Source: Squalus acanthias (taxonomy: Eukaryota). Taken from it: a stretch of DNA of 64,000 nt. The notes beneath the pieces were generated by a model, which saw only the letters and a list, made by a program, of their open reading frames with translations, had not been told where the DNA came from and did no database searches. The DNA lies in the NCBI GenBank assembly GCA_030390025.1, contig CM059432.1, positions 75,394,001-75,458,000 of the forward strand, given 5' to 3'. The translations under genes and the position numbers were made by a program. This document shows, piece by piece, positions 51,208-62,420 of the stretch (its first letter is position 1; the number at the start of each line of letters is the position of its first letter).

Positions 51208-51401
51208 TGTCGTAAGAATGAGCCTTACGCGTGGTGAACTTAAAGTAAGCTTTAATCAACTAAAAAGGTGCTACATACAAAAGAGGTCTTACTCTATGCC
51301 TCTCCAGGATCCAACTGATCAGTCCCGTATTTATCCTGGACTAATCACAGGAAGTGATGCAATAAAGTTCGAGTCACAGGAAGCTGTATTGTGTTACCAC
51401 A
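51208..51401 (-). repeat. 5' LTR of the Gypsy element
   Basis: Sense TGTGGTAAC...CTTACGACA; contains ATTAAA. Confidence 0.97.
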
Positions 51402-52549
51402 CTCTCCAAGCTCACCTTGTCCACGAGACCCACTTCCTGCTCCCTCGACCCTATTCCCACCAAACTGCTGACCACCCAACTTCCTTTTCTGGCTCCCATG
51501 TTAGCTGACATTATTATTGGTTCTCTTTCCTCAGGTACTGTCCCCCTTTCCCTCAAATCTGCCATCAACACCCCTCTTCTCAAAAAAACAACCCTTGACC
51601 CCTCCGTCCTTGCAAACTACCGCCCCATCTCCAACCTCCCTTTCCTCTACAAAGTCCTTGGACATGTTATCGCCACCCAAATCTGCGCCCATCTTTCCCG
51701 CAATTCCATGTTTGAATCCCTCCAATCAGGTTTCCGCCCTTACCACCATATCAAAATGGCTCTCATCAAAGTCACAAATTACATCCTTTGTGACTATGAC
51801 AAAGGTAAACAATCCCTCCTCATCCTTCTTGACTTGGCTGCAGCCTTTGACATGGTTGACCACTCCATCCTTCCCCAATACCTCTCCACCGTTGTCCAGC
51901 TGGGTGGGACTGCACTCGCCTGATTCCATTCTTATCTATCTAATCGTAGCCAGAGAATTACCTGCAACAGCTTCTCTTCCCACCCCCGCATTGATACCTC
52001 TGGTGTCCCCCAAGGATCTATCCTTGGCCCCCTCCTATTTCTCATCTACATGTTGCCCCTTGGCGACATCATCCAAAAACACAGCGTCAGTTTCCACATG
52101 TACGCTGATGACACCTAGCTCTACCTCACTACCACTGCTCTTGACCCTGCACTGTCTCTAAATTGTTAGACTGCTTGTCCGACATCCAGTTCTGGATGAG
52201 CAGAAATTTTCTCCAAATAAATATTGGGAAGACCGAAGCCATTGTTTTCAGTTCCCGCCACAAACTCCGTTCCCTCCTAGCCACTGACTCCATCCCTCTC
52301 CCTAACATCTGTCTGAGGCTGAACCACACTGCTCGCAACCTTGGTGTAATATTAGACCCTGAAATGAGCTTCTGACCACATATCCGCAGCATAACTAAGA
52401 TCACCTATTTCCACCTCCATAACATCACCCTGTCTCCGCCCTTGTTTCAGCTCATCCGCTGCTGAAATCCTCATCCATGCCTTTGTTGATTTATGCATCT
52501 CGGTGTCAAATTGTTTGTCTTACAATACTCCTGTGAAGCGCCTTGGGAC

Positions 52550-52697
52550 CCTAGACACAAAAGGCATCAAGGGATATGGGGAGAGAGCGGGAATATGGTA
52601 TTGAGATAGAGGATCAGCCATGATCATATTGAATGGCGGAGCAGGCTCGAAGGGCCGAATGGCCTACTCCTGCTCTTATTTTTCTATGTTTCTATGT
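52550..52697 (+). mobile_element. CR1 3' end inserted into the L2 tail
   Basis: Near-identical to 28207-28355; L2 tail resumes at TTTACTATGTTAAAGG. Confidence 0.88.
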
Positions 52698-53029
52698 TTT
52701 ACTATGTTAAAGGTGCTATATAAATACAGGTTGTTGTTGTTGTTGAATTGTGCCTAGGAGTCTTGAATAACTGTTTTGGGCAGATTCTCAGAGCAAGTAT
52801 TAATGCAGTTATTGTTTCACTGAACTGCGTAAGAAGCCCACATTTTCTCTTTTGGTTGCTTTTCATGTACAGATGCTTATATATTTAATCTTGCTAATAG
52901 CAAATGTGAGACAAACCATTTCATGGTAATTTCAACAAGTAATGAAAATTGGTAAACATTGCATAGTGTCATAGAGGACAAGGTCAAATTCCCCCAAACA
53001 AAACTATTTTGTACTTTTGGGTTAAGATT

Positions 53030-53789
53030 GGGCCAAAGATTCGGCCCTTCCCGGGTGAGTACACAGTCTGTACTCACCTGTAAAGCGTCCCGAAGTGCTG
53101 GTTTCCTGCATGCACTGCGCATGCGCGGGAAACTGGAACTTCCGGTATGGTGAAGGGGGCGGTTCCTAGGTGAACCGCGTGCGCGGTAGAGGCTGCGCGC
53201 ACGCAGCAAACTTAGATTTTTTTCAGGTTTCTACAGGAGGGTAAGTAGTGAAGAACCTACGCTTATAAAAAGGAGGCACAGGACCCGTTTTCAACAAGGT
53301 AAGTGGTTAATTAAGTATAATTTAAAAATTTTCAACGGGTTTATCTTTTTTAGATACTTTAAAGAAAGGTAAGTTTATTTTTATCACTTTTAAAAAGTAT
53401 TTAAATTTTTTCAAAAATTTAAATTTTTGTTTAAAGTGGTTAATTTATTTAACTATAGTTATTTTATAAATGTGATGGGTTTAAAAAAAAAATATTTTAA
53501 GTTTAGCTGTTCTTTTGGGGCTGATTTCAGTTCACAGATTTGACAGGTCTCCTGTCAAATCTATGAATGAAAGATGGTCTGCTGCCATTGGCTCTCCATG
53601 GCCCACGTGATCCCAGGGGACGCATCACACTAACTACGCCCCTGGGACACGCACGCACTGCGCGCCGGCAGTTGGAGCAGGCCAGGAGCTGAAGTTCCCG
53701 TGGGCCCAAAACACAACGGCAGGCACGGTAGGTAAGTGCGCGTGCGATCCTTACCCCCGCGGCAAGCCGGAGAGGCGAATTTCTGGGCC
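53030..53789. mobile_element. Harbinger-type MITE, family A, copy 2 (inverted relative to 6331-7093)
   Basis: TIRs GGGCCAAAGATTCG / CGAATTTCTGGGCC; TSD ATT. Confidence 0.9.
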
Positions 53790-54547
53790 ATTGATATATA
53801 CTTAGAAAAATAATGTATACATCTTTTTGAAATGAAAAAATTACAAATTAAAATGCTTACTGCAGTGGTTGAAATTTATGGTACCTCAGCAGCAGCTAAA
53901 TTTGTAATTGGCCCTATTTTAGTTCAGCCCAAGTATAAAATGCATTAAGGAGGAGGGGCTGGATTTTTCCACCCATGGTGGGTCCGGGGCAGGCGACGTC
54001 AGTGGCGTGTGGGGACCTCGCATCTGTGTCGATCCCGGCCTCCAACAAGATATTCCGATGATGGGGCTTGTTAAGCCCGCTCTGCGAGGTTCCCAGCCAA
54101 TTAATAGGAAGCAGATCTGATGATATAATTTGATGTCGCGTCATCAGCCGGTTTTCTTAAAGGGGCCATGTCCAAATTTATTTTGACAGTTGTGCTGTCA
54201 GTGTTCTACACCATTGAGGTGCTGCAAACACTGACGAGCACTGCACAGAGCTGCACGGCTGCACCCAGGCTCTCCCATGACTCCCTCCATATGTTTATGG
54301 AGGGAGTCACAGCACGCAGGGAGGTTCTCTTCCCTTCCAATGAGCAGAAGAGACCTCCTCAGGACACTAACGCAGCCTGGTTGCACATTGCACAGGAGGA
54401 CACAAGCAGGGATGTCGTTAGGAGGAACAGGCTGCAGTGGCGCAAACCTTTCAATGATCTCAGTGGATCATGAAACGTTACTGCAAAGCCACACTCAACC
54501 TTATCCCGCTGTGCCACTCATCACATCCTTATCACTTTGCCTTTCCT

Positions 54548-55829
54548 TGAAGGGATAATTACTAGTCCTAGCCCCTTTCGGGCTACCCTGGATCAGGCGT
54601 ATTCCCCAAACGTTCACTTTCAACTAAAGTTTGAGGTAGCTGAATCCTAAAGATGCTTAATTGGGTCCAAAGGTCCAGACTATCTCTCCCTAAAGGAAAG
54701 GAACAACCTGAAGATGTTACCGTCCTCCAGATAGCACTTTTAATAAGTTTAGCTAGACTGTAACGTTCCGGATATTATGAGGGTCCGGAAAACTCCCTCA
54801 GAATTCTGCAACTCCTCACCAAAGAGTGTACAGAGATTGAGTTCACGAGTTTGATACAGAAGTATTATGTGAGACAATTCTAAAAATATATCGATTTATT
54901 AAAGAACTGACATTTAATTACAGTTGGTGATTCAATCGCAACATTAACAGTTCCAAAAACAGAAATCTTACAATTCTATTATCAGAGATCCTTATTCTCA
55001 AATCTTAACTTCGTTACATTTTTACATTTCTTAGTCTTATTCTAGGATATCCACCAATATCAAATACAGTATAGTACCTTGATCCCCAAGATACAAAGAG
55101 TTGTAGACTTACAGAGCTTGCCTCTGAAGCCAAGAATCGCTTTGCCCCTTTACAGCAAGACTATCATCCCATTTGAAAGTTCAATATTTATATCCATTTT
55201 CAGTGGTATATCCTTTGAAGTTTTCTGCTGATGTAAGCTAATTATCTCTAGTCATTTTTCTGCTGACTTCTGCTATTCTTACAGTCAGCTCAGCTGATAG
55301 CATTAAGAATCATGTCTCTACCTTTAGGTGTTCGAAGCTTATCATAAAAACGGTGTGACAGCAGATGCATCTATTTGATGTTATTCTTACCAAGATCTTC
55401 TATTTGTGTCTTTTTACGACATGTAATTTAAAAACACCTCAACTGGGTACACCATTGTCTTCTTAGTTACCTCAGCTGGTTGCCACACAGAATCGTGTCT
55501 CCTGTGTTTCATTTGATGTCATTTTTACGAAGGCATATGTTTCTTAATTTTCTGTGTTTCTTTCCAAAGTGTAATTTAAGACACCTTAACAGGGTGTACC
55601 ATTGTGTTCTTTCCAAAGCTTCAGACTATCAGGAACCTCCAACCTCCTGTTTCAATAAGGTTATTGATTCAGTGTCAACAACTTATCTTATCTCAATAAC
55701 CTGAATGCTGTTTACAGCTTTAGATTGTTGAGGCTTTTAGATTTTCAAGCCCAGTTTGTCATGTTACGATAAGGCCAGAATTATTTCATAGAATGGTGTA
55801 TTTTTCTGAATATGGCTTATTCCTTCACA
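54548..55829 (-). mobile_element. Solo LTR (1282 bp), probably retroviral
   Basis: Sense TGTGAAGGAA...TCCCTTCA; 4-bp TSD TCCT; TATA-like GATATAAATA at ~55190 and AATAAA at ~54897 on minus; the Harbinger sequence resumes after it. Confidence 0.75.
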
Positions 55830-56430
55830 TCCTACCCTACTCCTGCACATCTTTACTCACATCAACTTACCTTGCACCTCCACCCATCCCTCTCTGTCTA
55901 CATTATCACTTCCCCATCTCACTAGCCACCCCTCACACTCACCCTTATCCTACAGCAAGCATACCAACTAATAACACACAAGGGTAGGCACTTGGGTGGT
56001 TTATCCAATGTTCATGTGAAGTTTCTGGTAATGTGCTGTCAAACATTGAAATCTTTATTTTTAACACTTTGCGTTCTTGGACACCTTTGAAAGTTTCTTA
56101 GTGAGTTGCAGTGAATGGTGAGACATAACGTCGTCCCCTTAATGGTGATGGGTGTGAAAGGAATGGCTTGGACATTGTAGGGATGCTTTATGGTGTTGGT
56201 GTGGGGTGCTGCCAACCTGGTGCATCATGTGGCTGCCAGGGTGTACAGCAACGTGCACGGGTGAATATATCCTGTGTCCAGTGCAGCATCAGTTGATTGT
56301 GGAGAAGGCTGGTGTGGATGTTGGTGCTGCTGGTGTGCCTGGTGATGCTGGTGTTGGGGCTGATCATTTTGGGATTCTGAGGATCAAGGTGAGATTTTTT
56401 TCAAGGGCACCTATGCTGATGGAATAGATG

Positions 56431-56668
56431 TGATGTGGAGATGCCGGTGTTGGACTAGGGTGGACAAATGTGAGAAGTCGCACAACACCAGGTTATAGTC
56501 CAACAGCTTTATTTGAAATCACAAGCTTTCGGAGCGCTGCTCCTTCATCAGGTGAAGTGAAGAGATGCATACAGTCACAGCATATATAGTCAGAGAACAC
56601 TGCCAGATGATTACAGTTAATCTTTCCAACTGCCCTTTATCACACCTCGGCAGAGAGATAATCACGGC
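56431..56668 (-). mobile_element. Penelope-like pseudo-LTR fragment
   Basis: Homologous to 884-1058; flanked by direct repeat AATAGATG (56423-56430 and 56669-56676). Confidence 0.75.
56521..56555 (-). ncRNA. Minimal hammerhead ribozyme motif (Penelope-type)
   Basis: Minus strand reads CTGATGA-AGGAGC-AGC-GCTCC-GAAA-GCTTGT with a perfect stem II. Confidence 0.7.
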
Positions 56669-59477
56669 AATAGATGGCAGGTGAGGTTGAGATGACAGAA
56701 GTAATCTGTCAATGTTGAGATAGGTTGTTCTAAGGAGGTGACAGTGGATAGAGAGATTACTCCAAACACTTCAAAAGTGCATAAAGCTCAAAAGTGGGTT
56801 TCAAATACTGAAGGCTGAAGCTTCTGAGATTGGAAAGTGACCAGCTGTATACCACTTTTGCAGCTGTGACCTAATGAAAGAAATGGAGAGTTGTTCAGAA
56901 CCCGACATACTTTCCTGGCGTTATCCCCAAGCGACGGGAACCTCGAGGAAAACTTGGAAAAATGCTTTGGATCTAGTAAAATGTTGATTCAATTGCTTTA
57001 ACTACCCTGCGAACTATCAGAATTGCCTGACCCGCCGCATAGTGCCGGGTCTGCAAAGCGCAGGCAGAGCCAGCACTAGGGAAACTCACAAGGAGGTGGG
57101 TTCAGAGCGGGATACCGGCCCACTGTCAATCTTTTTGATTTTGACAGCGGACCTGCCTCCAAACCCGCCCTCTAAGCGCCGGCAAAATTCAGCCCGAGAT
57201 GTTTGTGTAACTCGAACATTTTTTGTATCTCTTTTAATATTATTTTTTAAATAAAATACAGAAGTTAAATAGGACACATACATCAATTTTTTCTCAAATT
57301 CCATTTACACTGGTACCAGTTTGGAAAGTAAATGCCATTTGCTTGAAATAAATTTGTTAGAATCAAATGCATCTCAATCTACTCTGATAGAAATTGGTCA
57401 TTGTTGTGCCCATTCTTCAGACAGAAAACGGGGACAAAAAGTTCCAATTTCATAGGGCTATACCCTGCACCCCAAGAATGCCTGAAAAATGTCCGACACC
57501 TTATTGACCTCGGATGAATTTCAGGCATCTGGTACGGCCATTTAAAACTGGTGTTAGACCCAATGCATATGTTAATGAGGGGCCTAGTGCATGTTTTAGG
57601 CCCCCTCTGAGAAATTGGGTTTTCCTAAGCACCACTCAGGTATTCCCGGCGTAGAACCAGCCGCTACCAAAGAGGGAAGTTTAAATTTTGTTAAAAATTC
57701 ATGTGGAGCCAGGAGGAGCATTAGGAGTATACTACGGACCACCAGGTCAATACAAGATGGAGGGCAGCTTATCAACAAAGATAGGAAGGGTATGTAGGAA
57801 TAAGAAGGTTATTTCAACAAACCAAATATAAATTGGGACTACTCAAGCAGTTTAGAGTCAGAGTTAGTAAACAAAATGCATGACTGCTCCATGACTCAGT
57901 GCATAAGGGAAGCCATGTGAGGCAATGCTCATCTTGATCTAGTGTTCATAAATGACCCAAACAGCATACTGGAAATGGAATGGGGGTTAGTGACCACAGA
58001 ATGAACACATTTAACATGTTCTTGGATGGATGAATTAAGAAGGGCCGAATGGCCTTCCTCGTTCATAAGAATCTTGTGATATTGTGAATAGAATCATTAA
58101 TTGAGATTCTTATGACAACAGGCATCCTTCCACTATTTGCATGAATGTTAAGATAACTAAAATACAGCATTTAACATTACTCCACTGAAGAGTATCTTGA
58201 CTTTCATTTTGTGCAGCCAATTTTCACAAGCTTCATATTTGCACCCAGCCTTGTTACATGATTGCCAAGGGCTCTTTATATTTAAAGACTACACAAAGTG
58301 TACCTCTGTATGATCAGATACAACTGTTCATCAGAACAAAAGCTCTTGTGCAACAACAAAAGATTTTGCAGCTGGGGAAACAATGTCATTTTTATTGGAT
58401 AGAACACCAGCACTGATGTTTGCCAACAATGACAGATAAGTCATGAAACAAAAGAAATATTTCTCTAAATTTAATGCATTCTCCCTCTTCCCTTCTCCAG
58501 TATTTTAACCCTGTGAGGATTGCAGTATTTAAATGATCATTCATATAATGCTTGTATTCTGTCCTGAATTATCATTTTTTTCTTCCTATTTATTATATTT
58601 GCATTAAAATCAATTTAAAAATGCACTTACTGATGGCTAGCCTCTCCTTTGGAAGAACCATTTCCAACCTAGCTAACTCAAAGCTGCTCATTGTCTGTGA
58701 AACTGGGTCTGTTTTTAATCTGCCAATCGTTGTGAATGGGCAATTGTCAGGACTGATACTCCAACCATCTCACACACCAGTACGTAGAGTTTCATTTAGC
58801 TGAGATTTGGAGCGGCATTTGTTTCTGATATCACTTATAAGTCTATTGGCTTTGCTCCCCAGGTTGAAGGTGGTGACACCTATGATTGATGATGGAAACA
58901 GAGCAATCAAATCCCACATTTTAAACTCTATTCGCTCGAATCCTAGACAAGTCTTGCAAATTGAATGTTGTGTTCACAAGTCCCTGGTTACTGCAGTAGC
59001 AGAATAAATGATTTCTGCAGATAAATGCAGACAAATGCCTGTTGTAACCAATTACAGCAGCCACTCCCAGAGAGGCTGCATATCTTTGTAGGCCAAATTT
59101 ACTTAACAAGTCACAGTATGAAGATGTTTAATACAATATTGTTTTAAGAGCTGTCAGACCAATGGGAAGATTCAAGCTACAAGCTTCATACTTGTTTCCC
59201 AGCACATACATTTTGTGATATAAAACACAGAGGAAATCGATAACCTCGTTGAAGTTTCTAAGATTATGAAGGCAATTGGCAAAGTTGATACAGAAAAATT
59301 GTTCATTGTGCCGAAGAGCTCAAAAACTAGGAGACACAAGTTAAAAAATAGAAAATGAGGAGTAAAAAGGGAAGATAGGAAAACTTTGTTTTAACATTTA
59401 CACAAATTGTGGAAGAAAGAACCAGGGCAGGTGTGAGCAGGGACAGATCTCAATGTGATAGGAAAATACCCAAATAG

Positions 59478-59843
59478 AAAGAAAGAATTTGCATTTATGT
59501 AGTACCTTTCACAACCTCAGAATGTTCCAAAGCACTTTACAGTCAATGAAGTACTTTTGAAGTGTGGCCACTGCTGTAATGTAGGAAAATGCAGCAGTCA
59601 ATTTGTGCACAGCAAGGTCCCACAAACAGCAATGAGATACATGGCCAGATAATCTGTGTTTTTTTTAGGTGATGTGAGTTGAGGGATAAATATTATCCAG
59701 GGCACTAGAAGAACTCCCCTGCTCTTCCTCGAATAATGCCACAGGATCTTTCGCATCCACCTGAGAGCACAGTTTAACATATCTGAAAGATGGCACCTCT
59801 GACAACATAGCACTGTCTTAATACTGCATTAAAGTGTCAGACT
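59478..59843 (-). mobile_element. Deu-domain SINE
   Basis: Colinear with 36795-37160. Confidence 0.75.
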
Positions 59844-59844
59844 A

Positions 59845-60620
59845 TGTTCAGCAGTCAGCGGCAAAGCAAAGTCGTTTGCTGCTGGCCCTAAAGTAAGCTT
59901 CGCACAAAGATTTTGCGATCTCTGTGTCGAGAAGTTGGGGTTTTCTGACGTGTAATTTAAATCAATGGAGTTTAGTGGGGATCTCCTAATGCGAGCTGCT
60001 GTGACGTCAACAAGTTGTCTAAGCAGCTAATCAAAACGCAGAATTTTCAGACAGTGAACAAGGAAGTGAGAAAGCTCTTAAAACTTTTTTTAAATGTTAG
60101 TGACAGCAAAACAAAGGTTGGAGCTCTCACATGGGGAAAAGGCAAACCTGAAATAAATATGAACAAACCTTAAAAAAAATTAAAAATTTCTAAAAAAAAT
60201 AATTTTTATTAAAATGGATAAATTTGACACTCCATAAAATTAAAATTCGTTTTTTAGGCCCATAACCTTTGTTGAGCAGTCAATACGCTGTTAAAACCCC
60301 AGTTACACCTAATCCTAATCCCTTTGGGTCTAACTTTTAATAGGGAATTTAACAGCGGTATTACTGCGGAAGAGCCGAAGTTTTCGTCAGGTTCCCTGAT
60401 TTGAGTGATTAGAGTGACAGATTGCCGGCTCTGTGGGGGGGCGGGGGGGGGGGCGTGCGCACAGCACAGCCTGTGTCGGAGCAGTGAATGACAGACCATG
60501 ACTTCAGGATTTCCGCATGCACCTGTGCATGCACCAAATCCCGAAGTTGCGGTCAATTTCAAAGGCGGAATGATAGTGAACTCTGCCAGTTCCTTGTTAT
60601 CCGGACAGCAAATTGCAGGC
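59845..60620. mobile_element. Decayed MITE-like DNA element
   Basis: GC-rich ends and AT-rich core like the other MITEs; right end GCAAATTGCAGGCC; left TIR not found. Confidence 0.45.
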
Positions 60621-60689
60621 CAATGAGTCTCAGGGGATTAATGGGCTGTGTTTGGCTTCAGTACCAACCTTAATCTTATTCTTAGCCAA

Positions 60690-60915
60690 TGTCCACATAT
60701 GTGCATTTTTCAGCAGGGGTTATTGGGTGGTGAACAGGAGTAGGAACCGAGCTGACTTTTTCTCTCTCTACTCTAGGATCATTGAGATCAATTATAACAT
60801 TCCAATTGCTGTCCCACTTGAGATTAGCTAACTCAGGATAGATCTGGGACTTTCTGGTCTGTTGGGCTCAGTGCCACATTTGGAATGGCAATTACCCAGT
60901 GAGCAGACCATCGGG
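60690..60915 (-). mobile_element. LF-SINE-like SINE, decayed
   Basis: TTTTCAGCAGGGGT..CAGGAGTAGGAACC is the reverse complement of the body at 8600-8660. Confidence 0.5.
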
Positions 60916-61845
60916 GAGTTATCAATGCTACACTTAACATTCCCCTGATATTGACAGCTCTTCTTTGGTTTCACACATTTACCCCCCCACTTTTATCTCT
61001 GGTCCGGCAATCTGAATTCATTAATAACCCAAAGCCAATATGATTAAAGCCCTTGAATGTGCTATCCTGATGTGCTGTGTCAGTAACAGCGATCAGTCAT
61101 TTTCCCAATGTGGTATCTACTTTATGCAGCTGGTTGCAGCTAAAAGCACTTTAACACCAGCCATTAGTTCAGGGATCAATTACTAAGAGTGGATTCATGC
61201 ACTTCCGATAACTAATTTTGATTAATTGCCAACAGGTTTTTTGGTCTGGAAAATTTCTGTTCTGAAAATTGATGGCATATGGATTATCTAATGGGTTAAT
61301 AGGATGAATTTAATAAATTAATTGTGTCTCGGCACAAAAAATATCTGTGGGCAAAATAATGTCATTGAAATTCTCTTGAGTTAGCCATTCCTTTTTTGGT
61401 CTGCAAACTACATTTACAAGGTTTGCATTCTCAAATTTTAAAAAGATATTGCTAATTTAAAAAAAGTAGGCTGCTCAAATTCAGACTTCATTTTTGCTTT
61501 TTAATATTAATCATTATCAGTTTGCAAAAAGAACAAACTTTAAATATTAATAGTATTCAGGAAGGCCATTGTGTAAACACCTCAGAAACAGCACAGTATG
61601 AACAGAGTTTATTTTATCATGAGTATTTTGGAAAGAAAGATAAATAAAGAGTTATAAAAGTGACTTAGAGGCGGAGCTGCTTTAATGGCTGAGTGTTAGA
61701 AATTTAGAAAAGAAAATGTTCACGTGCTGCACACAGGACACTCTTGGGAATGCGTTTATCTTTAAAAAGGCAGTGCAGAACTCACGGGACTGTTACTCTA
61801 GGTTTCCCCTGTGAATTTTTATTGAAGTTTGGTGGATGATAATTA

Positions 61846-62420
61846 CCATGCCTTTGTTACCTCTAGACTTGACTATTCCAATGCACTCCTAGTCGGCCTC
61901 CCATGTTCTAACCTTCATAAACTTAAGGTCATCCAAAGCTCTGCTGTCCGTGTCCTAGATTGCACCAAGTCCTGTTCACCCATCATCCCTGTGCTCGCTG
62001 ACCTACATAGGCTCCCAGTTAAGCAACGCCTCGATTTTAAAATCTCATCCTTATTTTCCAATCCCTCCATGGCCTCGCCCCTCCCTATCACTGTAATCTC
62101 CTTCAGCCCCACAACCCTCCGAGATATCTGCGCTCCTCCAATTCTGGCCTCTTGAGCAACTCCGATATTAATCGCTCCACCATGGTGGCTGTGCCTTCAG
62201 CTGCCAAGGCCCTAAACTCTGGAATTCCCTCCCTAAACCTCTCCGCCTCTTTACCTCTCTTTCCTCCTTTACGACAATCCTTAAAACCTACCTCTTTCTG
62301 CCCTAATATCTCCTTAAGTGGCTCGGTGTCAAATTTTGTTTGATAATCGCTCCTGTGAAGTGCCTTGGGAGGTTTTACTACGTTAAAGGCGCTTTATAAA
62401 TATAAGTTGTTGTTGTTGTT
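61846..62420 (+). mobile_element. L2 LINE 3' fragment
   Basis: HAFVTSRLDYSNALL motif; (GTT)n tail. Confidence 0.9.

Larger units (their letters stand above)
46961..51401 (-). mobile_element. Intact Ty3/Gypsy LTR retrotransposon (Mag-like gag)
   Basis: 194-bp TG..CA LTRs, 5-bp TSD CTCTC (46956-46960 and 51402-51406), polypurine tract, single gag-PR-RT-RH-IN ORF. Confidence 0.97.
45740..52745 (+). mobile_element. L2 LINE (EN plus RT) interrupted by a Gypsy element
   Basis: APE motifs MALTETWL, HGHPLDL and ISDH; RT motifs at 51407-52490; (GTT)n tail near 52745. Confidence 0.9.
53956..57195. mobile_element. Internally deleted Harbinger carrying a nested solo LTR and a Penelope fragment
   Basis: TIRs GGGCTGGATTTT / AAAATTCAGCCC; TSD GAG; Myb exon-1 remnant (APRLSHD..AWLHIAQE, 54230-54475, plus); probable transposase N-terminal remnant at ~56200-56420 (minus). 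Confidence 0.85.

Noticed and set aside
6331..53789. Inverted ~760-bp repeats as the ends of one giant 47-kb transposon
   Set aside because: Each copy has its own TIR pair and its own TSD (ATA versus ATT), so they are independent insertions.
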